Of a DNA stretch of 64,000 bases, positions 1 through 11,849 are shown piece after piece. The DNA is from Camelus ferus (Eukaryota). The notes beneath the pieces were generated by a model. That model was not told the DNA's origin, did no database searches, and saw only the letters and a list, made by a program, of their open reading frames with translations. Made by a program: the position numbers and the translations under genes. The stretch covers positions 9,860,001 through 9,924,000 of the forward strand of contig NC_045696.1 of the NCBI RefSeq assembly GCF_009834535.1. Direction: 5' to 3'. The number at the start of each line of letters is the position of its first letter. Positions within the stretch are counted from its first letter, which is position 1.

Positions 1-1503
1 TACCTGTTTCATCCCTAAAACAAGGTGAAACAAAAGAAATTTCAAAAACTGCATTTCCCAGATTCTGGTATCTCCTAAAAAGTGTAAGTTAAAGGGAGGG
101 CTTAAACAATTACCACGTAATTTAAACTGTTTCCTTTTTAGTAACGTGCACTACTTCTCTTCATTGTTCCTATTCTTTCTAAGCAGTGTCCTAACATAGA
201 GAAGAAGGGCCAAGCTGGGGGTAATACTCAAGAGGCTAAACAATGCAGTCTTCTCCTAAATTAGAGGAGAAACAAGCTTGAGGACACAGTGGCATACCAG
301 ACCAGACTCCCAAACCTGATCAAGAGGCACTGGTGTCCTCTCCCACAACACAATGTACAAAAAAGTAAGGATTTTCCAATGTTCTGTGATTGTTAGTTTC
401 TCAACAGCGCTTGAACCGAGACCCTAGGCTTAAGTTCAACCAAACTTCCTACACAGCTCTTCTTCAGAATTGACCCAAAGTATAAAATGTGTCCAAGCCT
501 CTGGCGCTGTAGGAAGCCATGCATCCAAAGTTCGAACATAGGTTTTTTTGTTTTTGTTTTTAATACCTGCAAGAGGAGTTAAAAAATAAAATAAAATAAA
601 ATCATACACCACGCTCTACGTTACCCAATTCACGGAAGAACGGGGATTTCGGCGACGGCTTGAGGAGTACCTGACCCAGAATAGAGAACGAAGGGCTGCC
701 TCCGGGCCGCGGGTCCCTGTCCTCGGCCACACCATTACCTGAAGTGAAAGGGCTGCAGGATCGCTTATCATCCCTCCAAACCTGAAATCCCCTACCTCAA
801 GAGCAATCAAAAGCAGGGGGAGCAAAGTTTCTTCCGGAAGGCGCAAAAAAGGCCACAACTTGGATGAATGAAACTGGGCTAAGGGCACTCGGAGCAGGAT
901 TTTCGCTGAAGTCAGAAAAAGAGAAGTCAAAGATTTTTTTAACGTGAGCCGGTTATACGCGGCGGTGGTCCAGACAACTGCACAAACACGCTTGGAAGAA
1001 GGTTTTATTGAGCGCGGACGGTTCCGGAGCGGCCGGCGGGCGCTAGAGTGGAGGCGGGCGGCGGAGGCGGAGGCGGGTGGGCGGCGGAGCGGGGCCGGAG
1101 CGGGCGGCGGCGGCGGCGGCGGGGCCGGCGACGAGGCAGCTTCGCGACGGCAGAGACGGGGCCGGGGCCGGGCGCTGGCGCGTGTCCTCCCGCGGACCTT
1201 CCACTGGACTCCCGCGGGCCGCCCCGCCCCCCGTCCCCCGCCCGCCCGCCCGCCCGGCGGCCGCGTGCGAGGCACACCCTCCCGCGGCCGCGCTCCCGCG
1301 CCGGCACACCCCCGCCTCCCGCGCGCACGCGGCCTCGCCGGGCCAGCCGGCCCCACGCGCGCCCCCTCAGCCCGGACGCCCGCCGCCCGCCCGCCCGCGA
1401 CCCCGGCTCCCTCCCGGCCGCGCGGGGAGGGCGGGAGGCGGCGGCCTAGAGGCTTCGGGAGCGCCCGCGCGGGAAGGCGGGCTCTGAGGGGAAGGTCACT
1501 TAC

Positions 1504-1548
1504 CCGCTGCATGGCTTTCAGAATCAAAGCCAGCTCGTAGCGGGGCAT
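1504..1548 (-). CDS. MRPS6: Mitochondrial ribosomal protein S6, coding part of exon 1 (15 codons, phase-0 donor)
   Basis: Minus strand ATG at 1548 reads MPRYELALILKAMQR, the MRPS6 N-terminus, and is followed immediately by the canonical donor CGG|GTAAGT (1503-1498). The rest of the gene lies off the left edge. Confidence 0.96.
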
Positions 1549-1700
1549 ACCCGAATGCACAGCGCGCAGCTCCGAACCGAGCCGGCTCCGGGGACGTACG
1601 AGGTCGGGGACCGCGGGGACCAGGCGGGGGACTGCGCCGGAAGGCTCCCAAGCGGCGAAAGCACGCTCCGGCCGCGCGAGCCCGGGCTTAAAGGCTCTGG
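1504..1700 (-). other. SLC5A3: First exon shared by MRPS6 and SLC5A3 (SMIT1 Na+/myo-inositol cotransporter; 5'UTR for SLC5A3); TSS approximate
   Basis: Established human/mouse organisation: SLC5A3 shares exon 1 with MRPS6 and its CDS is in MRPS6 intron 1. The leader GCAGCTGCCAG..CCTTTAAGCCCGGGCTCGCG..GTGCTTTCGCCGC resembles the human leader as recalled. The SLC5A3 CDS itself is not in the window. Confidence 0.75.
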
Positions 1701-1718
1701 CAGCTGCGCAGACGGCCC

Positions 1719-1767
1719 GCCACGCCCCCTCGGCTAGCCACGCCCCCGCGCCCCACGCCACGCCCCC
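1719..1767. promoter_or_regulatory. Three identical SP/KLF GC-box motifs GCCACGCCCCC
   Basis: Exact 11-mers at 1719-1729, 1737-1747 and 1757-1767, just upstream of the inferred TSS. Confidence 0.8.
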
Positions 1768-1968
1768 TCCTTAAGGCGGCAGTGCCGCGCCCCCTCGACA
1801 GCCCTGCCGCCCCCGCCGGGACCCCAAGCTCTGCCCAACCCGGTAGCCACTGCGTGTGGGAGGCAATGTGGGTTCGGGCGGGAGGGAGGCCAGCCGGAGC
1901 TACACGCCCCCTCCGACCCCACCGCCGCCGCCCCTGCCGCTGCGCTACGTACGGTTCTCGAACCAGCT

Positions 1969-1979
1969 GGAACTTTCCA
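1969..1979 (-). promoter_or_regulatory. Proximal TonE/ORE (NFAT5/TonEBP site), TonEp-like, TGGAAAGTTCC
   Basis: Matches the TGGAAANNYNY consensus about 0.3 kb upstream of exon 1. Same core as human SMIT TonEp as I recall it. Confidence 0.75.
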
Positions 1980-2949
1980 TGCCTTCCGTTTCATCCTGGG
2001 CGGCGGGCGAGCGTGCGCCCCCATGTGCGCGTGCGCTGCGGTGCGGTCTGGTCTGTGCGCGCACCCCTACCCCGCGATTCCGCGGCGGTGGGGGATTTCT
2101 AGGCGGCCGAGCTGCTGGGTGCGGGGTCTCGGCCGGACTGGGGGCTCTCTCCGCCTACCACTGCACACCAGGATTTCGGAACGTTCTCGCTTGGGTCTAC
2201 GCCCCCCGCGCTGGGGAGTCAGGGCTGGCGGGGGATACCCGGGACGGCCTAACCCTCGCGCCCCCAGCCCACAGCTCGTCGTCTTAGCGCGGCCGCGGGC
2301 GCAGCTGCCGGGTGCCCCCTCCCTAGCGAAGTGGGCTCAAGGCGAAGGCTGTGGGCCGCTACGTGCAGATCGGGTTGTGCCCCATCCCTGGCTGGCTGCC
2401 TGACCTTGGGCAGCCTCCCGCGAAAAGAATGTGAAGGGCACCTACTTCCCAGTGATGTGATGTCTTTGAGTGAGCTGATGCTCATAAACCGCTGAGAACG
2501 ATGCCTGCACGGACGTAATGAGGGCGCAGCATGGGCATTTGTTGTACGAGCTGGGCCTTACCCACGTGTTGTTGCCAAGGGTAGGCTAATACTTTGGCTC
2601 AAACCAATATTCTTTAAATGTTTACTGGGCATTCATTTAGAGGATCAGCTGAATGCTTGGAAAGTCATTTAATAACCGTCTGGGATCGTGCGCGTGCCCT
2701 GGAAGGAGGGTAGTCTCGTCCTGCCTTTTCCTGACTCACCCGCACCCCTCGCGCGCCCTCCCCAAACATGCACACAGGGCTCACCTCTCCCTCCAGCCTT
2801 TGGCTGTACTCTCCCTGACAGTTGTACTAAATGCATTTTTCTCCAACTCCACTCTTGAAACTGTCGCCCCTGCCCATGCTTAGCCCATTCAAAGGGTCTG
2901 TAGGTGAAATGTTTGTCAGCTTTAAAGTGCTTTAATAATAGATAAAACT

Positions 2950-3170
2950 TACTGAGCACTTACTGTGTATCGGGCACCACGCTCCAGCTTTTACATGTGT
3001 CTCGTAAAAATCTCACAACAGCGCTATGAGGCAAGAACTATTATTAACCCCACTTTAGGGATTTAGAAATACAGGCACGCAGAGGTTATGTAACTAGCCC
3101 CAGGTCAAATAGTAATAGGACAAAATTTGGATCCAGACTATATGGAGGCTGAGCTCACACTCTTAAGTAG
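2950..3170 (-). mobile_element. MIR SINE
   Basis: MIR-like motifs: TTACTGAGCACTTACTGTGT..., TCTCACAACAGCGCTATGAGG..., AGAGGTTATGTAACTAGCCCCAGGTCA. Confidence 0.7.
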
Positions 3171-3760
3171 ATTTACCATATACTCTATGTAAACCAAGAA
3201 TAAAGAGTCCCTTTGTCACCTTATCCGGACACCTTACTATTTTTCATTCCTTACCACCCAGCCACCACCAAGGATAAGGATGGTTTGAACACCACCCCTT
3301 CTGTGATATCTGGGTTTTGATATTTTCTATTCTTGGACTTCTCCACCACCCGTATCGTTTCAAAGAAAGCTATACAGATATTAACACAAATTACCTGGTT
3401 AGTGTAATTTCACCTTTGGTTAAAAAGTGTAGAATATTATAAATAAATAACAGAAAGAAAAAGGAATTTCTGGACTTTCAGAAGTGAGCTACAGGTTTTC
3501 CAGGACGATCCCTACTTCAGCTGTCCCTCCTGTCATCAACCACATTTCCCAGGTTGGGAATGAGAACATAAGGACCTGGAAAAAATATGCCGAAGACCAG
3601 AGCAATATCAGGAGCTGACATCAACTTTTAGCATTTCCTCTTGGAAGTGCCATAGTTCCCCCTAATGCCCAGGGGTTAGTGAGAATCTGGCTTCTTCCTC
3701 TACTTCTAACCTGACATGTAGTGTAAGGAAATTAGCCTGATTGCACAATGCCTCAACACA

Positions 3761-3797
3761 GCGCGTGTGTGCGTGAGCATGTGCGCGCGCACATGCT

Positions 3798-3850
<53 letters not shown>
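3761..3850. repeat. (CA)25 microsatellite preceded by a GC/GT alternating tract
   Basis: Direct reading: AC repeat at 3801-3850. Confidence 0.97.
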
Positions 3851-3852
<2 letters not shown>

Positions 3853-4264
3853 CTTCCAGTCTGGTGACTGCCCTTGGGCTCATTCCATTTCTTATAAAAA
3901 GGAGAAAAAGGAAAATTATACTCCTTTAATTATTTGAAATTCTGATTAAAACATGTCACCTGCAATGAAACTTGCAAGTAACGAACTAGCCCGTATTCAG
4001 TAGCTGTTTACTGTTCCACATTTTGGGGCAAGGGGTGAGGGGGGAAGGTTGTTAATAAACCTTATACCCTTTCAATTTTTTTTTAAAACACAGCAACAAA
4101 ATACTGGTGGGTTCATGAAAACATAATAATAAAGTCATAAAGAATGCTGCTGCAAATTTAGTGTCTTCCTACTATAACTACAAATCTATATTCACCGAAA
4201 AGGTTTTTTGAATTTTGTACTATGTATGGTCAGCATTTAGAATTATAAAACATTTTTGTGGCAT

Positions 4265-4350
4265 TAATGTATTAATTTGTAAAAATTACTCTGATACTTA
4301 GGAATGTTTAACCAAGGAGTGAAATATCTGTATACTGAAAACTACAAAAA

Positions 4351-4405
<55 letters not shown>

Positions 4406-5960
4406 AAATTAAAGCAGAGACAAATTAATGGATGGATATTCATGTTCACAAATTGGAAGAATTAATATTGTTTAAATGCCAGTATTACCCAAAGTAATCT
4501 ACAGATTCATTGCTAACCCCTATCAAAATCCCAATGACATTTTTTAGAGAAACAGAAAAAAAATCCTAAGATTCATATGGAATTACAAAAAACCTAAATA
4601 GCCAAAGGAATTTTAAGCAAGAAAACAAAGCTGAAGGCATCATACGTTGTGATTTCAAACTATATTACAAAGTTATAATAATCAAAACAGTATGGTACTG
4701 GCATAAAAACTGACATATAGACCACAGGAACAGAACAGAAAACCCAGAAACAAACCCACACATATAAGGTCAACAGATGATCAGCTGATCTTTGACAAAT
4801 GTCCGAGAATACAGAATGGAGAAAGGATAGTCTCTTTAATATATGATGTGAGGGAAACTGGATATTTACTTACAAATGAATGAAACTGGACTCTTACAAC
4901 ACATACACAAATCAACTTAAAATGGATTAAAGACTTATAAGACTTGAAACCATAAAACTCCTAGAAGAAAACCGCTGGGGGAAGAAGGGAAGAAGCTTAA
5001 CATTGGCCTTGGTAATAATTTCTGATATGACACCAAAAGCACAGGCAACAAAAGCAAAAATAGACAAAGGGGATTGCATCAAACTAAAATCCAAAGCAAA
5101 GGAAATAATGAACAAAATGAAAAGACAACCTATGGGATGGGAGCAAATATTTGCAAACTATATATCTGATAAGGGGTTAGTATGCAAAATATATAAGGAA
5201 TTCATACAACTCAATAACAATAAACAAACAAACAAACAGATTTACCCATGGGCAAAGGACCTAAACAGACATTTCTCCAAAGAAGACGTACAAATAACCA
5301 ACAGATGCATGAAAAGGTGCTCAGCATCACTAATTTTCTGGGAAATTCAAATCAAAGGCACAATGAGCTATCACCTCTCACACCTGTTAGAATGACTATT
5401 ACCAAAAAGTCAAGGGATAATGAGTGTTGGCAAAGATGTGGAGAAAAGGCAACCCTGTACGATATGGATGAGAATGTAAATTGGTGCAGCCACTATGGAA
5501 AACAGGATGAAGGCTCCTCAAAAAATTAAAAATAGAACTACCATATGATCCAGTAATTCTTCTTCTGGTTATATATCTAAAGGAATTAGAATCAAAATCT
5601 TGAAGAGATTAGCCAAGACATGAAAGCAATCTGAATGTCCATGACTGGATAAAGAAAATGTGGTAAATGGAACATTATTTAGCCTTTCAAAAAGGAAATT
5701 TTGCCATTTATGACAACATGGATAAACGTAAAGGGCATTCTGTTAGTGAAATAAACCAGACACAGAAAGACAAATACTATATGATACCACTTATATGAGG
5801 CATCAAAAAATAGTCAAACTCATAGAAGCAGAGAGTCGAATGGTGGTTGCGAGGAGCTGGGAGGAGGGGGAAACAGTCAAAGAGCACAAAGTCTCAGTTC
5901 TACAAGAAAAAAAATTACTCTGGAACTTTGGGTTTTTAAAACATACAATATGGTACGTGT
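4265..5960 (+). mobile_element. 5'-truncated old L1 (ORF2 3' part plus 3'UTR), decayed
   Basis: ORF fragments TPKAQATKAKIDK.D.IKLK, KRQP.GWE.IFAN and DLNRHFSKED are L1 ORF2-like. Confidence 0.92.
4348..4407. repeat. (TAAA)n microsatellite inside the L1
   Basis: About 14 TAAA units read directly. Confidence 0.95.
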
Positions 5961-8368
5961 AAGATTTGATTAACCTGAAATTGTAATTCATTTTTAAGTA
6001 AGTGTTTATGAGAGAGAATAGAAAAGTAAAAATAAGAACAGAAGTCGAAATATAATCCTATTTCAAGTAACGTCAGTGTATGCCCTGGGTCAGTTTGATC
6101 ACAATTACCTTCTTATTTTATATTACTGTAAATGTGACTTGACCTTGAGCTCACACAAGATCATCAATTCTCAAAGATATCTCAAAGATAGACCTGTGTC
6201 TCTAATTACAGCCCTCAGAAAGTGAATAAGCATGAATGTTTTCAATGAACAGAGAAAATAATCTTAGGGTTGAAAGAAGTAGTATTTAGAGCTGTCAATC
6301 ATCACTCTCACCAGCCTATCATCTTCTCCCTGATGAAATGAGCTACCATTTCTGGCAAATGTGAGCTCCTGGTCCTAAATCCCACCTCACAAAGACCTGG
6401 GATTGTGCCACAGCTAATTGCTCCCAGAACTTGGACCTGTGAAATCCTGTGTCTCTGCCTGGCTGCTCAGTATGTGCCTTTGTTCCTCAGCTGGTGGCGC
6501 ACATCTAAGTCACATTCCAAACTTCTTTTGTTTTTCAATGTTTTACCAGTGAACCAGTGGTATTTCTTAATACCCCTACACACACCCTTGCCCCCATCTT
6601 AGATCCTTTTGACCATGTTGATTTGCCTGTGATTCTTTCTGTCTTCTCAGCAAGTCTCCAGGAAATATCTAGCCTAAGCATTACCCCCTCACTCTGTCAG
6701 TCTGTGGGTGCCGTTGGTTGTGCGTCTTGCAGAAGGATATACTAGACGCAGTATATATTATTAATTCAGGATTTGGGGAGCTCCTTAAACATTTTCTTTT
6801 CTTTTAATCTACCAATTTCAAATTATTTTTTTTAATTTTGAATAAGTAAGTTTTTGGGGTTTTTTTTGTTTGTTTTTCAGTGAGTGGGGTTCAAATTTGG
6901 GCTCCACTTATAGGGAAAAAAGAAGATAAAGCAAAGTTTGCTTAAATGAGATGTTCCCTTCCTTTCACCCCTGACTCCCCCGCAAATAAATTACGGGATG
7001 TTTGTGGGAGATGTTCTCCTGACTATAGTATCTTTTTTCAGGAAAGAAATGCTTAATGTATTTTTTAATGTTATGACTTTAAAAAGACAAAATATTTCCT
7101 GCATCTCCACTTATTGAAGCAGTTAGGTTTTCTTCTAGCATTATTATAAAGTGTCCCCGTCTGCCTATTGCGGGCCCACAACAGTTCTTAACTGTTCAAT
7201 GTCTATAATGTTGGTGGTATTAAATAGCTTTGTGTTCTTTCTGCACAAGTGCAAAGTCCAGAAGAACACACTTGGAAGGATCTTAGATTTAGAAAAACGA
7301 ACAAAGGCCATGAGCTGGAGAAGGTCCCCATCTACAGGGGTCTTGGAGGGACGAAGCTCCCTGGGCGTAGCGCTAAGCAAAGGCCGGCTGGAGCACCTGA
7401 CAGGTAAACCAGAGGGCAGTCACTCAGGGTGAGGCTTAGGAGTTTTAAGGCTGGAGGTGAAAGGGCACAATGTCATCAGAGCCGAAAGGATTCAAAGGGG
7501 GCAAGTGTGCCCATGGCAAGCGGGGACAAGCTCAGAGGGCATGGTGCAGGGCAAAAAGGGGGCGGGGGGCTGGTGGAGGTCGTAGGAAGGAGTGTTAGGG
7601 ATAGAATCTGTAGGATCTGGAGACTGGATATTTGAAGGGCAGCTAGAGAGTCAAGTGTCAACAGTGCAACAAACATTCTGGACTGACTGTCCTTTGTTCT
7701 GGTCACACCCATGTGTGGTATTTCCTCAGCTCCTAACTCATAAAGCTTGTATTACAATTCAATGTATTGGTACTTTTTTTTACCGATGTCTTATCTTCAT
7801 AAGTTTTCATAGCAAGATTGTAATCTTCTGAAGAACCTAGGTGATATCTTTTATTGCTCTAAATAGTCTCCCTATTCTGGACTTTAACCAAAAGAAGGAA
7901 GGTGACAGTCCTGAAGCCTGCATAAGATGCACCACTGAAATGATCTGGCCACCCAAGGGATGCTGAAAGGTGGGTGTAATGACACCACCAGTCAACACTT
8001 CCTAGTAAGAAGGTCAACATACAAGTATCATCTCAAAGTCCAGGCGTCTATGAGGACCATCCCATGTGTTGCTGGCGCTCTGCTGATGCACATGGGGGAG
8101 AATGTCCACATTATCATCAGACAGAGTCGAATAGAGATTTAGTAATAGGAGCAAATCCCATAGGCACGAGATTACGCCCAATACCTTTGCAGCCCCACCT
8201 TGACTCAGGGTCAAGTTTGCCTTGGCAAAACAGTGTTGTGCCCTTGATCAGAATTCCATTAACTTTCCTTTTATGAAGAAAAAAGATGACAGGTAGGTAA
8301 AAGAGTTTCAGAGGCAGAGGGGATTCCGACAGAGAATATATTCAGGAGGTAAATATTTTCACTGGAGA

Positions 8369-8664
8369 AGCTATCTAGTAGGTAACCAAATTCCTCAAAG
8401 CAGCTATAAGATTTTATACTTAAATACATCAAATTTAGGTATAATATTTTAGTATCAGTATCCATTTTTTCAAATTGCCCATATTTTAAAAAACATAGTG
8501 GCAACAATAGCAGCTATCTAGTAGGTAACCAAATTCCTCAAAGCAGCTATAAGATTTTATACTTAAATACATCAAATTTAGGTATAATATTTTAGTATCA
8601 GTATCCATTTTTTCAAATTGTCCATATTTTAAAAAACATAGTGGCAACAATAGCAGCTATCTAG
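8369..8664. repeat. 143-bp tandem duplication (2 copies plus 10-bp end)
   Basis: AGCTATCTAG at 8369, 8512 and 8655. The copies differ only at 8478 C vs 8621 T. Confidence 0.95.
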
Positions 8665-9669
8665 AAAGAAGGAAAAAATTGTCCTTACATGCAATTGAAA
8701 TTACAAGATAATTGGGAGCCCTCAAGTGGTTCCTCCCACAATAAATCATCTTGAACTTTCAACCTACGTTTTCTGAGACCTTAGGAGAACTTGCAGGAAG
8801 TATCTTGGGAAATTGGTTCCTGAACTGAATAAAGAAGTCCACAACTGACCTTAATATTAAATACATAATCACTAAGAACACTTTAAATAACCATGTTAAC
8901 CAAATGTTCATCTATAGTATTATTGCAAAGGGAACAAGTCATTTTAGTGATATAGAATCACTACGTATAGTGCTATAATTAAGTGACTTCTACAAAGGGT
9001 TAACTTTTGCAATGATCAGTTATTTACAAATCCTTTTGTTTTTTTCTTTTCCCTTCTGCACCAAAAAGTTTAGGATCTAAAAGTTCATAATTACCTAAAT
9101 GAGATGGCCTTTGGGAACAAAAATGACACTTTCACCTCAATCAGTAATATGCCTGGTTGACATTAGAGGGCAACCAGATAGCAGAATCTCTTCTGGTTAC
9201 TAATGAATGCTTCAGTGATTAAGAAATGACAAGTTCCCAGATGCAGCATAGCAGGGCAGTTAGTCTGATGGTGAGGAAGACCAGCCACGGGCAACACCTA
9301 GGACCAGGAACCCTTCCTCCCCCTACCTCACTGCCACTCACCTGGGTACTGAAAGGCAGATGCTCACACTGGGGCTGGTGGAAGGCTCTTTCTGAAAATG
9401 CAAATCTGATTCAGCCTCTTCACAGCTTAAATATTTCAGTGGCTCCTTATTGCCCTCAGGATAAAGTCCAAACTCCTCAACGGGGGTTTATGAGGCTCTT
9501 CCTTCTGTAGGGGCCTCCTGTATGCCTCCATCACCCTCGCCACTCCTCACCACGTCACTCCATTGCGTTTGCAAGTCCCTGAGCTCTTCATGCACTTCCC
9601 CTCCTGTCCTTTGCCCTCTGCCTGGAACACACTCCACTCCATCCACTCCCACTCCTATCCCCACCGCCT

Positions 9670-10255
9670 TTTTAAAAGTTATGAGATATACAGAGATTGC
9701 ATGAAACACGTAAGGAGAATTTAAAGAAAAATTATTTAACAAGCATCCCAGCATCCCAGATCCCAGAATCCTCTTCTATGCCTCTCCAGAAACACAACCC
9801 CACTGCTCCCCTACTTTCCTTGCTTTTCATTATGGCCTTAGCATCTACATACGCATTCCCTAAGCTGTAGCTTATTTCTGCCTGTTCTTGAATTGTATGA
9901 GTGTCTTGATTTTCCCCCTCAACATTGTGTTTATGAGATTCAGCCAAGTCATTGAGTGTAGCTGTAAATGTATTTATTTTCGTCATTGATACTATCCCAC
10001 TGTACCACAATTCATCTATTCTGTGGATGGACATGGGTTATTGCCTCTGTGGGTGGCTATTACAAGTAATACTGCTGGGAACATGTGCATATCAGTACAT
10101 ATATGTACGTGTGCAAAGAGTCCCTCTAAGAGCTGTCCCTATGAGTGGAATGCAAAACTTCAGCTTTTCTACATAATGCCAAATGGTTTTCCACAGTGGT
10201 AGTACCAGTTTGTGCCTCCATCAGCAGCATGTGTAAATTTGCTAATTCCCCTTCT
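9670..10255 (-). mobile_element. Ancient L1ME-like fragment
   Basis: Degenerate L1 3' motifs (AATGCCAAATGGTTTTCCACAGTGGTAGTACCAGTTTG). Confidence 0.65.
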
Positions 10256-10369
10256 CTGCTCAGCTCTCAGTCTTGACCACTGTGCTGTAGAATGCCTGCC
10301 GGAACCCTGAAAGTCTGGATTAGGTGCATCTCATTTGTATTCCTTTAGCATCACACTAATCATACCTTG

Positions 10370-10792
10370 TAGCAGGCACATGACAGATGTGAAATGACAC
10401 TGCTCAGATCCACAGCTGCTGTCCCTCTGGATCCACTGCTCCATTAGTGCTGTGGCCACATGTCCCTCAGGCTGCTCCTAGTCAAGGACTGAGCACAGTG
10501 GAGGTACAAATCCAGGCTCACTTCTATGACACACAGGACTCCTCTGATGGGAGACTTGGGCTCAAGGACTTCCCAGTGACCTAGAAAATTATTTCTTGGA
10601 ATTGCACTGCAATGTAAAACTCTCCCTACCCACCCCTCCTGCACAAATGTCAGATCCGTAATACAGTCTGAAATCTCTCCCCATCTTCTCTGGTTCCCTC
10701 CCTTTGTCCTTCATAGGCATTTCTTCCAAGAAATCTCTTGCATATCTAATCCTATCTTGGTAACTGCTTCTTCGAGAACATGAATTAACACA
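10370..10792 (+). mobile_element. ERVL LTR (LTR16-like)
   Basis: 3' end AAATCTCTTGCATATCTAATCCTATCTTGGTAACTGCTTC...GAATTAACA resembles LTR16. Confidence 0.6.
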
Positions 10793-11254
10793 ACGTAATT
10801 TCCTCTTTGTTTTGTGACCTTAGCAATTAATACATAAATTATGAGAAAATAACTCTTTTGCCCCCATTGCCTGACAGAGAAACTGGCACATGGTAGATGC
10901 TGAGTAAATACAGGTGAATGAACATTTACTTAGGAGATGCCCACTTCTGTGCTTCATATGAACATGTTCCTAGTGTCATCTCAAAGGCAGAAGAAAACTG
11001 CTTAGCCCAACCTTGAAATCTCCTTGATTTCCATGGGCCTGGCCTCAGAGTATACTTCCTGCTTAAAAGGTGTGGCCAGTGTGCGATGGTGAACAAAGGA
11101 GCTAAGATTCACTTTCTTTCCATGAGGGAAAGGCAAAGTCTCCTGTTAGGTCATTGGCTCAGGAATACTCTCCCTGGCTTCACATCCCATACTTCAGAAG
11201 CCTCTGATCACGACTCCTCTTGTGAGAGTCCTAGAAAAGGGAAGGGTTTGTCAT

Positions 11255-11830
11255 AAGTAGCTTCTCAGATGGTCTCTTATGATCCCCACCTACTGGTATT
11301 ATACTTTATACGATTCCTTGTTCTCGAGTGTGAACTGGATTTAAAGACCAGCTTCTAAGGTATTGAATACAGCAGAAATAGCAGAAATGATAGATGATAA
11401 CTTCAGAGATTAGGTTAAAAAAGACTTGGGCTTCCATGATAGTCTCAGAGTTGGAGTGGAGAAGACACAGGGTTTAAAGTCAGAAGACCTTGTATAGTCT
11501 TTATCTGTGTGATGTTGGCCAAGTCATTGAATCTCTTTTCATCTTAAGTTCTCTATCTGTTAAAAGGGAATGGTAATATCTAACTAACACCTATGATTGT
11601 TATATACAGGAAATTATATGAGACAACTTTTACTGAGTGTTGCTCTACATACTTTTTTTTTTGTATCAACACGATGCTGGCAGCAATCCAATGAGTCATC
11701 ATCCCCATTTTATAGATGAGTAAACTGAGGCACATAAATATCAAAAAACTTGTCCAAAGTAATACATCTAACAAGTGATAGAGCCAGGATTTGCACACAA
11801 GCAATCTGGCTCCAGAGCCTACATCATGAA
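11255..11830. mobile_element. MaLR (MLT1) LTR fragment followed by MIR fragments
   Basis: GATCCCCACCTACTGGTATT...CTTCAGAGATTAGGTT is MLT1-like. CCCCATTTTATAGATGAGTAAACTGAGGCAC is the MIR core. Confidence 0.65.
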
Positions 11831-11849
11831 CACAATTCTGTTTCTATGG

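Larger units (their letters stand above)
640..2560. promoter_or_regulatory. CpG island / promoter of MRPS6-SLC5A3
   Basis: Very GC-rich, CpG-dense block spanning exon 1, sharply distinct from the AT-rich, CpG-depleted flanks. Confidence 0.95.

Noticed and set aside
616..1761. 381-aa minus ORF containing the MRPS6 N-terminus
   Set aside because: It reads through the GTAAGT donor into a GC-rich intron. The low-complexity R/P/G/A content is a CpG-island stop-codon-depletion artefact.
944..2485. Multiple overlapping ORFs in the CpG island
   Set aside because: No recognisable protein, and expected from the GC content.
8369..8664. CRISPR-like or satellite array
   Set aside because: It is a simple two-copy duplication in a eukaryotic genome, with no spacers.
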